From assembly GCF_025526975.1 (NCBI RefSeq), contig NW_026515673.1, positions 248,001-312,000 of the forward strand: 64,000 bases of DNA. Direction: 5' to 3'. Shown here piece after piece: positions 13,121 through 24,556 of this stretch. A program made the position numbers and the translations under genes. The first letter of the stretch is position 1, and each line of letters starts with the position of its first letter. The notes beneath the pieces are model-generated. The model was given only the letters and a program-made list of their open reading frames with translations. It searched no databases and was not told the origin of the DNA. Origin of the DNA: Fimicolochytrium jonesii (Eukaryota).

Positions 13121-13589
13121 CCTGCCAAGGATTTGACCCGATGTAGGAAGATGTTCAACAAATGTAGTCTGCTATACTGGGAGCGAACAGCGTAGATCCC
13201 TCGATGCTCGCAACACGAAGTTTCTGGCAAGGCGTAGCGTCGTCGTGTCTCATACATAGACTTGGTCCGAAGTGGGCCATCTTTCAACAGCACATGTGCT
13301 CAAATTATGGCCGGAGGGCGGAGTTGGAAATGACAGCGCGTTTTGACAGCTGGTCGAATGCCTTCATGAAATCTATTTCTTACAGAAACTTGAGGATTAG
13401 GACACGCAATGACGAAACTCAGTCTATGTGGGTCATACGGGAAAGCTAATACGAAAAGGATGAGGTCAACATTACTCTATAAAAATGTACAATATGACAA
13501 GCGCCAGCGCTCTTCGCTAGCATTGGAACGAGGGTGCAAGAAATGAAAACGTGAGAATGAAAAAAACAGTACGCCGCTGTCAATTGTAC

Positions 13590-16500
13590 CTAATTAGGTT
13601 GCTTCAAATGTCTGCGCAATCGAGCCAGAAAAAACGAAGTTTCCACGGCGCCTTGAGACACGCCAGACGCGTCCGCATACTCTTTGTGCGCTTTGAGGAA
13701 GGAGTCCTGATACGCGATGCCTTTGTCGCCGTAGTCGTGAACCAGCTTCCAGTCGATGTGCTGTTGAACTGCCAAATCTTTGGCGGCTGCGGCGATCTCA
13801 ATCGCACGATCGTAGAAGTCGTCTTCACCAATGCTGAAATTTTCTGCAGGATCGGTAATGACCGGGGATGGAGGAGCATCATTTATGGAAGCAACAACCG
13901 GAAGGCGAATCGCTAGTGGTGTAGTCGGAGGTGTTGGTGCGTGCGTCCGCCGTGGTGCTTCTGTAAGTGATGGAGTTCGCAACGGGTGGGGAGCTGCGTT
14001 TACGTCCTCAGTCGATCCAGAGGTCACGGACTCGGTCGCAGTGGTATCGCCCTCCGGGCGGAGCCCGACCTCCGGTTCCCTGTAGAGAACCGACGAAAAC
14101 GGGGTATAAGGCGGCGGCCCCGGCGTTCCATCCGTATCATCATCTGCGAAACCGTCATCCGCAATGTCCTCCATGTTGATGGCATATCCATAGCCCACAC
14201 TTCGCATTGATGCTTGCCTCGACGGTTCGGGGATCGGCGGTGGTGAACGCTGGTCTACTACTTCGTGAAACAATCGGTATTTCCCGGAGGTGGTCTGTGG
14301 TGGTGAAATAGAGGCGGAGTGTGGAATGATCGGCTCCTGGGTGGTGGGCAGCCGAGAGGACACGTTTTCGACGTAGTTCGACGAATGTTCTGGGTTCTCT
14401 TCCACCGTTACAAGTCTCTGAAAGTATCGAGGTAGCAGCGTGTCGGGGTCGTCTCTCACGAAAGGGGCCGGTTGCGGCTTCGTTACCTCTCGGCTGAAGT
14501 ATGCGGGGAACTCGGCTGAAGTAGGCGGCGGTGGCTGTGGATACCCCGTCTGCGCGCGCCGGACCTGCCCTAACGTCTCTTCTGTCTGATGGCGGAGAGC
14601 GGGCTCCGTTCGTGATCGCTGAAGTGGGTGATGCACCGCAGTCCTTCCCTGCGGTTGATGTGGGCTCGGTAAAGAATGTCCACGAGGTGAACTGGGCACA
14701 TCATCGAGTGAGTGCGCCAGGAACTGAGGAGGTGTTTGCTGCATTGGTTGTGCCCAAGTGGTAGACGAGTGCTTTGTGTTCGGGTCACTGAACGACTGAT
14801 TGTGGAGGCTGAAGTCGAAAGTAGTCTGGCGACGTCTCGGATGAAAAAGGTCCTTAGGCGACCCCCCGTCCTTCTGTAGCTCGGCCCGATCTTCGTCAAG
14901 CGCCATCCGAGCCTGAAAGTCTTTACCGTGTTCCCACAGGGCGAACCAGACATGCCCCAGCATACGATCAACGTCGAAATCCCGCCGGTGTTGAGCGACA
15001 GTATAGTTCACGAGGGGTAAAACGACCTCGCAGCCGGTAGCACGTTTACATTTCTCGATAGCGTGCAGCCGACCCCTTAAATCCGGGAAAGCATCCATCC
15101 GTGTTATTCCAGCTACCACTTGACGCCCTAAGAAGAAAAAAAATCAACGAGAGATGAGACTAGGGTTCAAACCATGGCACGGACTCCCCGGAACTAAGGC
15201 CACACTGATATCATAATACGCAAGATGGTACGTACCATTTTTCGCCACTGTCCTATGCAACATTCGGATCTTCTTCATCATGACCTCATCGTCGAGCGAA
15301 GAAGGGGACACCAGCCACAGCACGACATCAGGCTTCTGGGCGACCTGACATTTCCCTCCATGGCGGCTAATGTCAATATTTCGGATGCACTGTCCTTCTG
15401 TTTCGGGGCTCAACTGGGCCCAGTCAATTCCCGCCGGCATCTCGCCGTTCAGCATAAGCTCAAGCTCCTGTCCCGCATAGTTCGTTGGTGATATTCCGCG
15501 GGTGTCAAGGAATGTAAAAGGCAGAGTTGTTCCGTGCGGGCCGTTTATGTCCGGTTGCCAGTAGAATTCATCGAACGCGAGCGTATTCGCGCCAGCCAAG
15601 GCCAGCGATCGATAATCATCGCTCAGTAGGAAACAGCTGCTGTTGATGAAGGTCGATTTTCCAACCCCCGTTTCTCCCATCAGCAACACATTTATCTTCG
15701 TTAGATTATCGAAGGGTATCATGTCGCCAAGGAAGTGACGCAGTTGCAGATGAAATCCTAGCACATGCATCGTCACTGGCTTCGGCTTTCCGAAAGAAGA
15801 ATGTTTAGCAACACTGACGTTCAAAAAATACGGAACCAAGTCGAGCGCTGCACTTGTCGATATCCCCTTGACCTTGCATGACAAGCGAACGACTTTTTGC
15901 TCGCTTTGGTTCCCTTTCATCTCCCGAAACGTGACGACGGTCGCCTTGAAGTAAGGACTCTCTTTTATCTGAACATCGTAAGTTCGGCTCGACAGTGTCG
16001 AACTTGTGCGAATCTTGAGCAAGATATCTACGTCCGATTTCAACTTATATGTCGGTGCTTTCGACTCATCGAAAAGCATGTAAAGACTTAAGTGCACCGG
16101 TTCTTGTGTTGTTTCCGAAGTTTTGATATCGGGTCCATCACTATAAATCGTTTCGAACCCAACGCCCTGCACAATGTCCGACAATCAGTATCGTTTCTCT
16201 GTAATCATTGCTTGCCTAAGCTCCCATACCCTATTGCTCAGAGACTGTGCGGCCGGAGGCACGAAAGGAGGGTGAAGACTAAACACTACGACCTATATTG
16301 GAGAGCGAGATCAGGAACCGTCGAGTTCAAAGGTCGTCTCTGCAATCCATGATGCTCACCTTGCCGATACGATCCAAGTCGAGGTGCGTGCAGACACTGG
16401 CGAGGAAGGAATTCCAATCCTGACGCATACTTGAGTGGACAACATTGATTTGACTGAGATTGTCCAGAAGCTGCTGCTTGTTCGAAGTAATGGGGAAAAC

Positions 16501-16866
16501 GGACCCCGGATCGATAACGGACCCGGGATCCCCTTTGAAGGCGATCAGTTGAAAGGCGCCCGCACGAGATGTAAAGTAATCTTGGATCTTGGTCTTCAGT
16601 TTCTGCCACTTGATGTCCACATACGCGCTTCGATTGATTGCCTTCGGACGAACATCTGTAAGCGGCTGTTCCATGATGCGAACCAGTATTTTATACGGTA
16701 GACTTACCAGAATTGTGACCCCATTGGTGCTGCCACCACTTGGCGCCCGCAGAGGTTCCAAACGCACCGCCCTATGCGATCGAGGCGGCCCGGTTTTCCC
16801 CAAAGACTTTTTCTCCTTCTCTTTCGCAATGATCTCTTGCACTTTGTCTGCGTAATGAGCGTACAT
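13590..16866 (-). CDS. Multi-domain P-loop GTPase: degenerate vWA-like N-terminus, beta-rich linker, IFI44-like GTPase domain, long Pro-rich tail
   Basis: Four exons joined in phase (donors at 16359, 16229 and 15235; acceptors before ~16292, 16166 and 15127). G1 GETGVGKS, G3 DTRG, G4-like TRMD. IFI44-like motifs LPFTFLDTRG, LMLNG, MMKKIR and LVNY. Confidence 0.7.
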
Positions 16867-17209
16867 AGTGCCGAATATAGCAACTCAAAACTAAGTTCGG
16901 TGCCGTTGCTGTTTAGCCCGAATTGAGTGTCGCGCCGATGGTGGATTGAAGTTTCGTTGGTGCCTCAAAAGCCTGCCGGAGATATCGGCTTATGCGTATT
17001 CTGTATGCCTATCCCCCCTTAGCACTTGGTCCAGTCTTCCACATCAATGTACTACTCCGCCCTTCGCCGTTGGCAGTTGAGAGAGTTCCGAGAAAATGCT
17101 GTTCTTCTTAAGGTCCCGTCACCAACCGTCCGTCTCCTATTTGCCCTTCAATTGTCAACCAGAAAGAAGAGAAGCCGCCGTAACTCCCTTTTTCTTGGTG
17201 AGGGAAGAT

Positions 17210-17261
17210 TGCCGTATGCTTGCTGGCGGCGGCCCTGCCGTATGCTCGCTGGCGGCGGCCC
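17210..17261. repeat. 26-bp tandem duplication (2 copies, 1 mismatch)
   Basis: tgccgtatgcttgctggcggcggccc followed directly by tgccgtatgctcgctggcggcggccc. Confidence 0.9.
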
Positions 17262-17563
17262 TCTAGTACTGTACTGCCTCAAGTACTTGTACAGTAGGTC
17301 TACATAAACCACGGCGTTTTTGGCAGTTGCCATTCCCCTCTGCAATGTGCATACCCGGTGGGCGGGACGCTCGATCGAGTTCGTCAAACGTTCGTATCAC
17401 ATGCAAAGCATAGTAGCGGGGAAAGCGGAGCCTCAATCATTAAATTACAATAATGTTGTACCGATACTCCTATCCTATTCACGACGCCCGCCGCTTCCGC
17501 AAGAAAGGGAAGGAAACCATTTACAAGAAAAGCAAGAAGCCTCAGGGATACCAGACCCCACTA

Positions 17564-18121
17564 GCTGTTCTTCAATGTCACCCGCTTTCCCCTCCCTCCA
17601 AAAATTGTTCGTTCCCAGAAACTTTCGCAAGCGGTATGGAACGAGCGAAATTCCGCTCAAGCGTCGCGTCCCATCCGTTTCGCTTCTCATGAACGGGACT
17701 GTCGGGATATTCGAGCGAAAGCGGGGAATTGTTTGCGTGCCCCTTCCTCGTGTCCTCATCACTTTGCCATAAATACGTTTTACATAACCTCGGCGGAAGG
17801 ATTTCGTGCGAAGGGCGGAAAGCGGGCAAGGAGGGCCTTTGAATGGCATCTTCGGTCGGGCGTTGCACGGGGGAAGTATCGCCGGACGTCCGCAGAGGAT
17901 TCAGCGGCAGCCTTACTCCTCCTCCTTGTCTTTCGATAGCGGCATGTTCATTCAATGCTGGTGCATCGGTGGCGGAAATGCGCACATTCTGTATCCCCGA
18001 TGCCTGCTCGATGGAATTCCGATGTGGTCGCTGTTCTTCAATGTCACCCACTTTCCCCTCCCTCCCAAAATTGTTCGTTCCCAAAAACTTTCGCAAGCGG
18101 TATGGAACGAGCGAAAATCCG
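17564..18121. repeat. 92-bp direct repeat (copies 17564-17655 and 18030-18121, 4 mismatches)
   Basis: gctgttcttcaatgtcacc...ggtatggaacgagcgaaa occurs twice. On the minus strand both copies can encode SLVPYRLRKFLGTNNFxREGKxGDIEEQ. Confidence 0.92.
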
Positions 18122-18324
18122 TCTTCACGCTGGATTCGCCGATCTTGATAACCGGGTCGATTCTGAACATGCCTTCGCCAAAGAAAGAATATAGAGCACA
18201 ACAGTAAAAGGCCTCCAACGGCCGAGAGGCCCAGGAAGAGCGCAATGCGTGAGCCGCCACTTGTGGATCCCGCCCCTGTTGGCGAAGGGATGGGACTGGG
18301 AGTGGACGACGCGGGGGCACTCAT
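17578..18324 (-). CDS. Hypothetical single-pass membrane protein (S/T/P-rich N-terminus, TM helix, basic cytosolic flank)
   Basis: MSAPASSTPSPIPSPTG...IALFLGLSAVGGLLLLCSIFFLWRRH. The 3' end and exon structure are uncertain. Confidence 0.5.
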   Translation of the reverse strand: MSAPASSTPSPIPSPTGAGSTSGGSRIALFLGLSAVGGLLLLCSIFFLWRRHVQNRPGYQDRRIQREDGFSLVPYRLRKFLGTNNFGREGKVGDIEEQRPHRNSIEQASGIQNVRISATDAPALNEHAAIERQGGGVRLPLNPLRTSGDTSPVQRPTEDAIQRPSLPAFRPSHEILPPRLCKTYLWQSDEDTRKGHANNSPLSLEYPDSPVHEKRNGWDATLERNFARSIPLAKVSGNEQFLEGGESG

Positions 18325-19343
18325 TTTTTGCCGTTGTGGAAGGTGGTTGGTGGGGGCTGAAATGGTAGTGGCTTGAGGCTGTTCGCATATGCCGAGGAAT
18401 CGCTTAGAGCTGGTTGTCCACCAGGCCGAATATGAAAAGCCCAGGTGGTTTGCGGCGGAAGAGCCTTCGAGGTTGTTACAGACGTTGACGTTGACCAGCC
18501 ATGACTTTGCTTGCAGCAACTGCGGAAGTTGATATCAGTCGAGACGTGAGGTTGCCGATGGGATGAGGAGGACCTTGCGCTTGCGATGGGATTCATGGGA
18601 AGCGTGCGTCCAACCTTCGAATCTGGGAGTGATAGCGGCCGAAACGCGCGCACAGCCATGACTGGTGGCAATGACAGTTCGACAGGTTGTATTGTGACTC
18701 TGCGCACCTCTTCTGAGCGTCAGGGGAAATCATATGATGGACATTGGGAGACTCCTCCTTTGTTCATTTCCGCCCCTCGTTCATGGGGTTCGCAGAATCG
18801 CAGCTTGTGCTTGCGTTTTGCGCGGTGAACCAGATTGTTTGTTTGTTTCGAGGCTTCGTCGTGGCTGACGGATAATCGACTTGGACTATAGAAGGTGGAA
18901 CTTTGAATTCGAACGAGGGGATGGATGCTCAGATTTGCTCGATGTGCAAAACATATGATTGCTGCAAAGAAGACGAATGCGATCTATCCTTGCGAGTCTT
19001 ACGTACTGTATGTACCATAGAGATGTCGCAGCCAATGCCAGCCACCGATGGGGAAGATAAAATCCGGAGCGGGACTGCGGCCTCCGTGGTCAAACTTACG
19101 CTTAAGAAGGCGTTGGACGCGCCGTTAAAGTGACCGCAACCACGGCGCCACATTTGAAGAGGCTTCCGACCGTCCGAATTTGAAGAGGCTTCTCCAGAGG
19201 GTGCATGTGCAACGGTGCTGTGCGGGATCACAGAATCAGAGACGGTTATAAGCAAGCGAAGGAGAACGGGCTGGCCCTTCTTTTCGGCTATCTTCCTCAG
19301 CTCTGGTCGAAATCCGTCCCCGCGTATAGTATGTTACATCGAG

Positions 19344-21105
19344 ATGCCGGCCCCGAAGGTACTCATTAAGGCACTTGTCTACGGACTTTGCTTGTTCCCA
19401 GCGGCCTTTGCGCAGAGGGGCTCCACCGACTCGAGCAGCGGCTCGTCCTCCAACCGCCTTGGATCTTGCACACAACCTCTCGTTCGTCGAGAATTCCGTG
19501 AACTCTCAGACACTGAGAAACAAGCCTACATAGACGCAAGTCTTTGCCTACGGGACCGTCGGCGATCGCCCAGCCTGCTACCGGACTCGCCTAGTCAAAC
19601 CATATACGATGATCTGGTCTATGTCCATATGCAGTTTGCGGCCCTGACCCATAATACGGTACGTGCACTTTCTCTTACGCCCGTGTCGATAGCGTTCTCT
19701 TAGCATCCAATCTCCCATCAGGCCCAGTTCCTTCCTTGGCACAGGTACTTCATCGGTATATACGAAAAGCTACTCCGCGAACAATGCGGCTACAGTGGAG
19801 CAGTCCCGTAAGTCCTTCATGTTTGTAGCTACTGCACACATCTCTATACAGGCCTCTCACCCCGGTTTCCTCCCTCCTAAGGTACTGGGATTGGAGCCTG
19901 GATTCACAAGCGCCTGAGCGCTCCGAGCTGCTTACACCGAAGTGGTTCGGCGCCAACGGGGACAGAAGCAACGAAAACTGCTTGAGTTCCGGTCAATATC
20001 GCCAAGCCAAGCCTCGCTTCACAGATGGTCAAAGGGAAGATTGCATCCGCCGACAGTGGAGAGACGAAGAAACCGGGAGCCGGTTGCCCTCTTTGGCATC
20101 GTACCCATACGTCATGGAGATTCTGGAAACCGCGACGGATTCCTATAACACCTTCCGGGAGGCGCTTGAGCACGGGCCTCATGACCAGGTTCATTCCTCC
20201 CTTGGAGGCGACATGGCAAATACGACAATATCGGTCAATGATCCCCTGTTTTGGGCACATCACACTAACGTAGGTGCTCCTTCGTTTCATCCTAGCGCTA
20301 CTTCAATGTATACTCATATTTTCTCCAGCTCGATCGCCTTTGGAGCATATGGCAGGAAGAGAACCCGCGCCTGGCCAATACCTACAATGGCCCTAGGGAC
20401 CGGGACAACGAAAACGCCCACGACGCCAGGCCCGACGACGAAATGCTGTTTGGAGGCCTGTATCCTAACGCTCGCGTTCGACAGGTGTTCTCGCTGACAT
20501 CTGGGGACGTGCAGTGCTATGCGTATTCCAAGTCCGTTGCGTTCGACTCCGTCAGCTTTGCCGGCCAAGGATCGGCTCGCGGTGGATCCAACAGCCGCAA
20601 GGAGAGACGTGCTGCATTCGCTCGCAGGCAGATCGGCGCTGGCAGTCCCCCAAGCCGACACGGGTCGCCTTACAACCCGGTTACCCCTGGGCCATACGAT
20701 CGTGACGACAAATACAATATTCGCCACGTCGCGCCCATACCAGAATCGTATTTGCGCGTCAATATGAAGTACAGCGATGCCAAGATCAAACGTGTGCGAG
20801 AGCACGAAGCTTTCTACCGCGAATTCACAAATTACGTCAACGCCGCCGATGGATTCGTCTCGCACAACGCGTTGTCATACCAGGAGACCGCCAGTGGATA
20901 CAGGCCGCGCACGGAGGAGGAAGCTGAACTGCGTAAATGGATGGTTAGGACGCTCTGCAAGGCAGCCAACCAGGTCATCAAGGCGCTGAATGTCAAGCCC
21001 GATGATGTGAAAGATGTGCTCGACGGGCTCAAGAACCTCGCAAAGAACACCGGCGTTGGCAGCTTGTGGTCGGCGAGGCCCATTGCGAGTGTAGCGGGAC
21101 AGTAG
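19344..21105 (+). CDS. Secreted tyrosinase / type-3 di-copper protein
   Basis: Signal peptide; VRREFRELS; CuA YDDLVYVH...THNTAQFLPWHR; PYWDWS; CuB LEHGPHDQVH...DPLFWAHH...DRLWSIWQ. Three introns (first 19659-19721). Confidence 0.92.
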
Positions 21106-22612
21106 GGACGGGGAGAAACTTCCCCTTTACCTTGGACTGGACTTTTTCCGTGGACATTTCCTCCTTCTCTTCCGCCTCAGCATTCATTCATGTACATTGA
21201 CCCTCGCGTATTTCGGACCTGTTTATAATAGTATCTTGTCATCGTCATTATTGTCAGTGTCGGCATTGGGGAGGATTAGAGGCCGCCCATATTTCAAAGT
21301 GGTAGGAAGCGTCCAACTCGATGTCTTCCGTTCTCCGCCAACCAGCTCGACGCCGTTGAAGACATGAAATATGCCCGACTTGCAAGCGCTTGATAGGCCC
21401 CTTTACCGGAACAGAGTCCACTCTACTCGAGGGAAGCGTTGATGAACGGCGTACTTTCTTTCCTCCGTCCACGTTCAGCTCAGCGACGACATACGTTTTG
21501 CGGGCGCGTCGCCTCTCTTCGCCTCTCTTCCCCGTTTTCCCATGCCCTTTTTCACACAGACATCTCTTCTTGCAACCCCACGGCCTCTGCACACAGGCAA
21601 CGGCCACCCCAAGTATTGTAGTAGGATATGTGCGCCAGAGGCCGCCCTTCAAAACTGTTTCAAAACTGGGCGGACATCCAGCGCTAAAAGTAGTTCGCAC
21701 GAAGATGCCGGGTGCTCAGATCTAGGAGGATAGAGATGAACAGTCTGCGGCGGATCCTATCGCGGTGTTTTTCACTCCACTTCGAGCTGCGGTTCAGGGC
21801 ACATCCCCAACGACCATGGTCATCTTCATGTCAAACAGCCCATCGCACGTGGGGTTCACATGCTCAATAAACTGTTCCAGCTGGGCGTACTCATCCTCAA
21901 ATGGGTTCTCGCTGAGCAGCTGCAGCTTTGCTGCGTAGGTCCTCCCCTCAGGCCCCGGCATCGTCGATTCGTAAATCCTGTCATCCCCCACATCTTCAAC
22001 CTGATCCATGAGTCCGAGGAAGAACAACATGTCCAGTCTGTCCCAAGGCTTTGCCGATGAACCTTTGAGGACACCGGATGTTGTACGGGACTGGCTGCGG
22101 CGAGCTTTGGGCGTCAGCGGGGCCAAGCCTATGAAACTTAGACTGAAGGGGCCGCTTGAGGCGCTTGGGGAGGGGAATATCAATGTGAGACTGAGTACGC
22201 ACAGTGGGAGGGGGCAGTCCTTGGTGGTTGGCAACATCGCTGCTGGGGGAAGGAGTGCCGCCGCCGCTGGGGGGAGGAGTGCCGTTCTCGTGGTCACTGG
22301 CGGAAGGCCCCTCACTGGCAAACAGCCTGCGCTGTCGCTCTGCTCTCACCCTTCATGCATGATATGCATCCATAGAGCGGGACGGTCCCCTCTAGTTCAT
22401 TCGCTGGAGCACGCAGAAAAAGGCCTCCTGCGAACTTCCAAGCCAATCCAATTGCCTTCTAATTTGTGGAAAACGCGAATATATATGATCACGTGAGGAA
22501 ATATAAGTCACCGCGTCGCTGGTTTGCACTTGGAGAATAGCGGAAATCGTGGCATAGTACCGTAGACGAACCAATCTCAAATTACTCGACACCAGCACCG
22601 AGTAGAGACAAA

Positions 22613-23656
22613 ATGGTGCGTACGAACGACAGCGGGCAGCGGCAACACGCGAGAGAGAGAACGAACGAATGGCGGACGCAGCAAACCGCCAGGCAGGACG
22701 GTCGAAATTGATGGATGGATGGATGGATGCGTGACGGATGGATGGACCCGACCGAGGTGGCGGCAATGGGCATGCGAACCGAATTTATGCCCGAATGATC
22801 AGACGAGGAACGATATGGGAGGCGTAGCGACGGTGGAAAGATCCTAGAGGCTATGGACGGCCCTGACGGACGGAACGAACCTTCGAATGGCATTCGGCAG
22901 TCCGTTCCTAACGATTTGCATTCACTTCATTAGGCCAAGGTCAAGACTTTCGAGCTTCGCAACAAAACCAAGGCTGACTTGACGAAGCAGCTGGACGAGC
23001 TCAAGCAAGAGCTCTCCACTCTTCGTGTCCAGAAGGTCGCCGGTGGAAACGCCTCGAAGTTGGCTAAGATGTAAGCGTCGACATTCTCGAACGTTTTGTG
23101 GAGTCCGCAGTAGGGAGGAGGGGCAAACGAAGGGTCAGGCGGGGATGGTGGAAGGTCGACGTGCAGCGATAGGAATAGGAAGATGAGGCAATATGGCGGG
23201 AAAGAATCGTGTGAAGATATTGGGCGAAGCGTTGTGGAATGTCGAACTGGCGACTTGGGAAAGTGGCGGAGTAGGCTGATGGGTTGTACATGACGGTGGA
23301 GGCGAAACGAAAGACTGACGTCTCGCCCTTTTCCTTCACGATTGTTAGCCACGATGTTCGCAAGTCCATCGCCCGTGTGAACACCGTCATCAGCCAGACC
23401 CAGAGGGACCAGCTCCGTATCTTCTACAAGGGAAAGAAGTACATTCCTCTCGACCTCCGTGTGAAGAAGACCCGTGCCATCCGCCGCCGTTTGACTGCTC
23501 ACGAGGCCACCCGCAAGACCGTCAGGCAAACCAAGAGGGAGACCCACTTCCCCCTCCGCAAGTAAGTTCAACCTTTCCTTCAATTTGATGCTATTGAGCA
23601 TCGACGCTTACGCATGGTCTGCTTTCCCCTCCTTTAGGTTCGCTGTTAAGGCATGA
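22613..23656 (+). CDS. RPL35: 60S ribosomal protein L35 (uL29)
   Basis: [36 protein letters not shown]...[12 protein letters not shown]...[21 protein letters not shown]...FPLRKFAVKA. Introns 22616-22933, 23071-23348 and 23562-23637. Confidence 0.97.
22710..22746. repeat. (GATG)n microsatellite in RPL35 intron 1
   Basis: gatggatggatggatggatg...gatggatgga. Confidence 0.8.
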
Positions 23657-24556
23657 ATGGGTGTACTTTTGGTCATTGTATAAATAAAGAGTTCGTTCAC
23701 GTCTACCCGGGATTTCACTTCTCATCTGCACTTTATCTGGATGGAGCTATTGCTCGGAATGTTGGACAGTGGAAAGAGGACACGGAAGATGGAGAATACA
23801 TCGACTTCAGGGACTCGAAGGATGGTGGGAAAGCAGCCTACCGACGGATAGGGGGCATTCTCTCTTTCGAAACTGGATCGAATGGGACTGCGGGCCGTGG
23901 GATGATGTGGGCTCAGGAGCAACGGCTTGGGTTTGGATTCCAGGGTTGCCCAGAGTACGGGCGGAAAGGATGGTGGTTGTCAAGATCTTGTCCATGCCCT
24001 CTTGTCCATGTGCCCCGCCAACCGGACAACGGCTCGATGTGGTTTCCAGGATCATTTCAAGTGTGGATGCATGAGTTTTGCGTGCTCCATTCGTTGATAC
24101 TTTCATCCACCACTAACTGCGACCAAAGTCTATACATGCACAATAGCTCCTTGCAAATGGGTAGATGACAAGTCACTTGCTGAGCGGATAGGTGGGCAGC
24201 TCTAGAGTTTCCAGCATCTCCTGCAGATACTGTATATGAGCGTCGGTCCGACTCGACCTGGTCCATGTCCAACCCAGGCACCTAAACGCGCTGGTGACGT
24301 ACATACTGTACCTACTACGAACAGTGCTGATTGCCGACGCACGTTTTAACACGGCGAAGTTCGCTCAAAGGCTGAGGCCAGCGCCGTCAGCGAATGCCCG
24401 TTTCCCGGAGGAACTCCATCGGTACATACAGCAGAACTGCTTATACTTCTTCGAGGAGAGACGACAGGGCTTTGAGTCACCTGCTGCTGCGTTAAACTCA
24501 CCCAACCAAGCGCAGGGGATGCATTTCTAACCTCGCGGAAAGTTCACCCGAAGGAA

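Noticed and set aside
22930..23601. 223-aa minus-strand ORF
   Set aside because: Antisense shadow of the RPL35 exons and intron.
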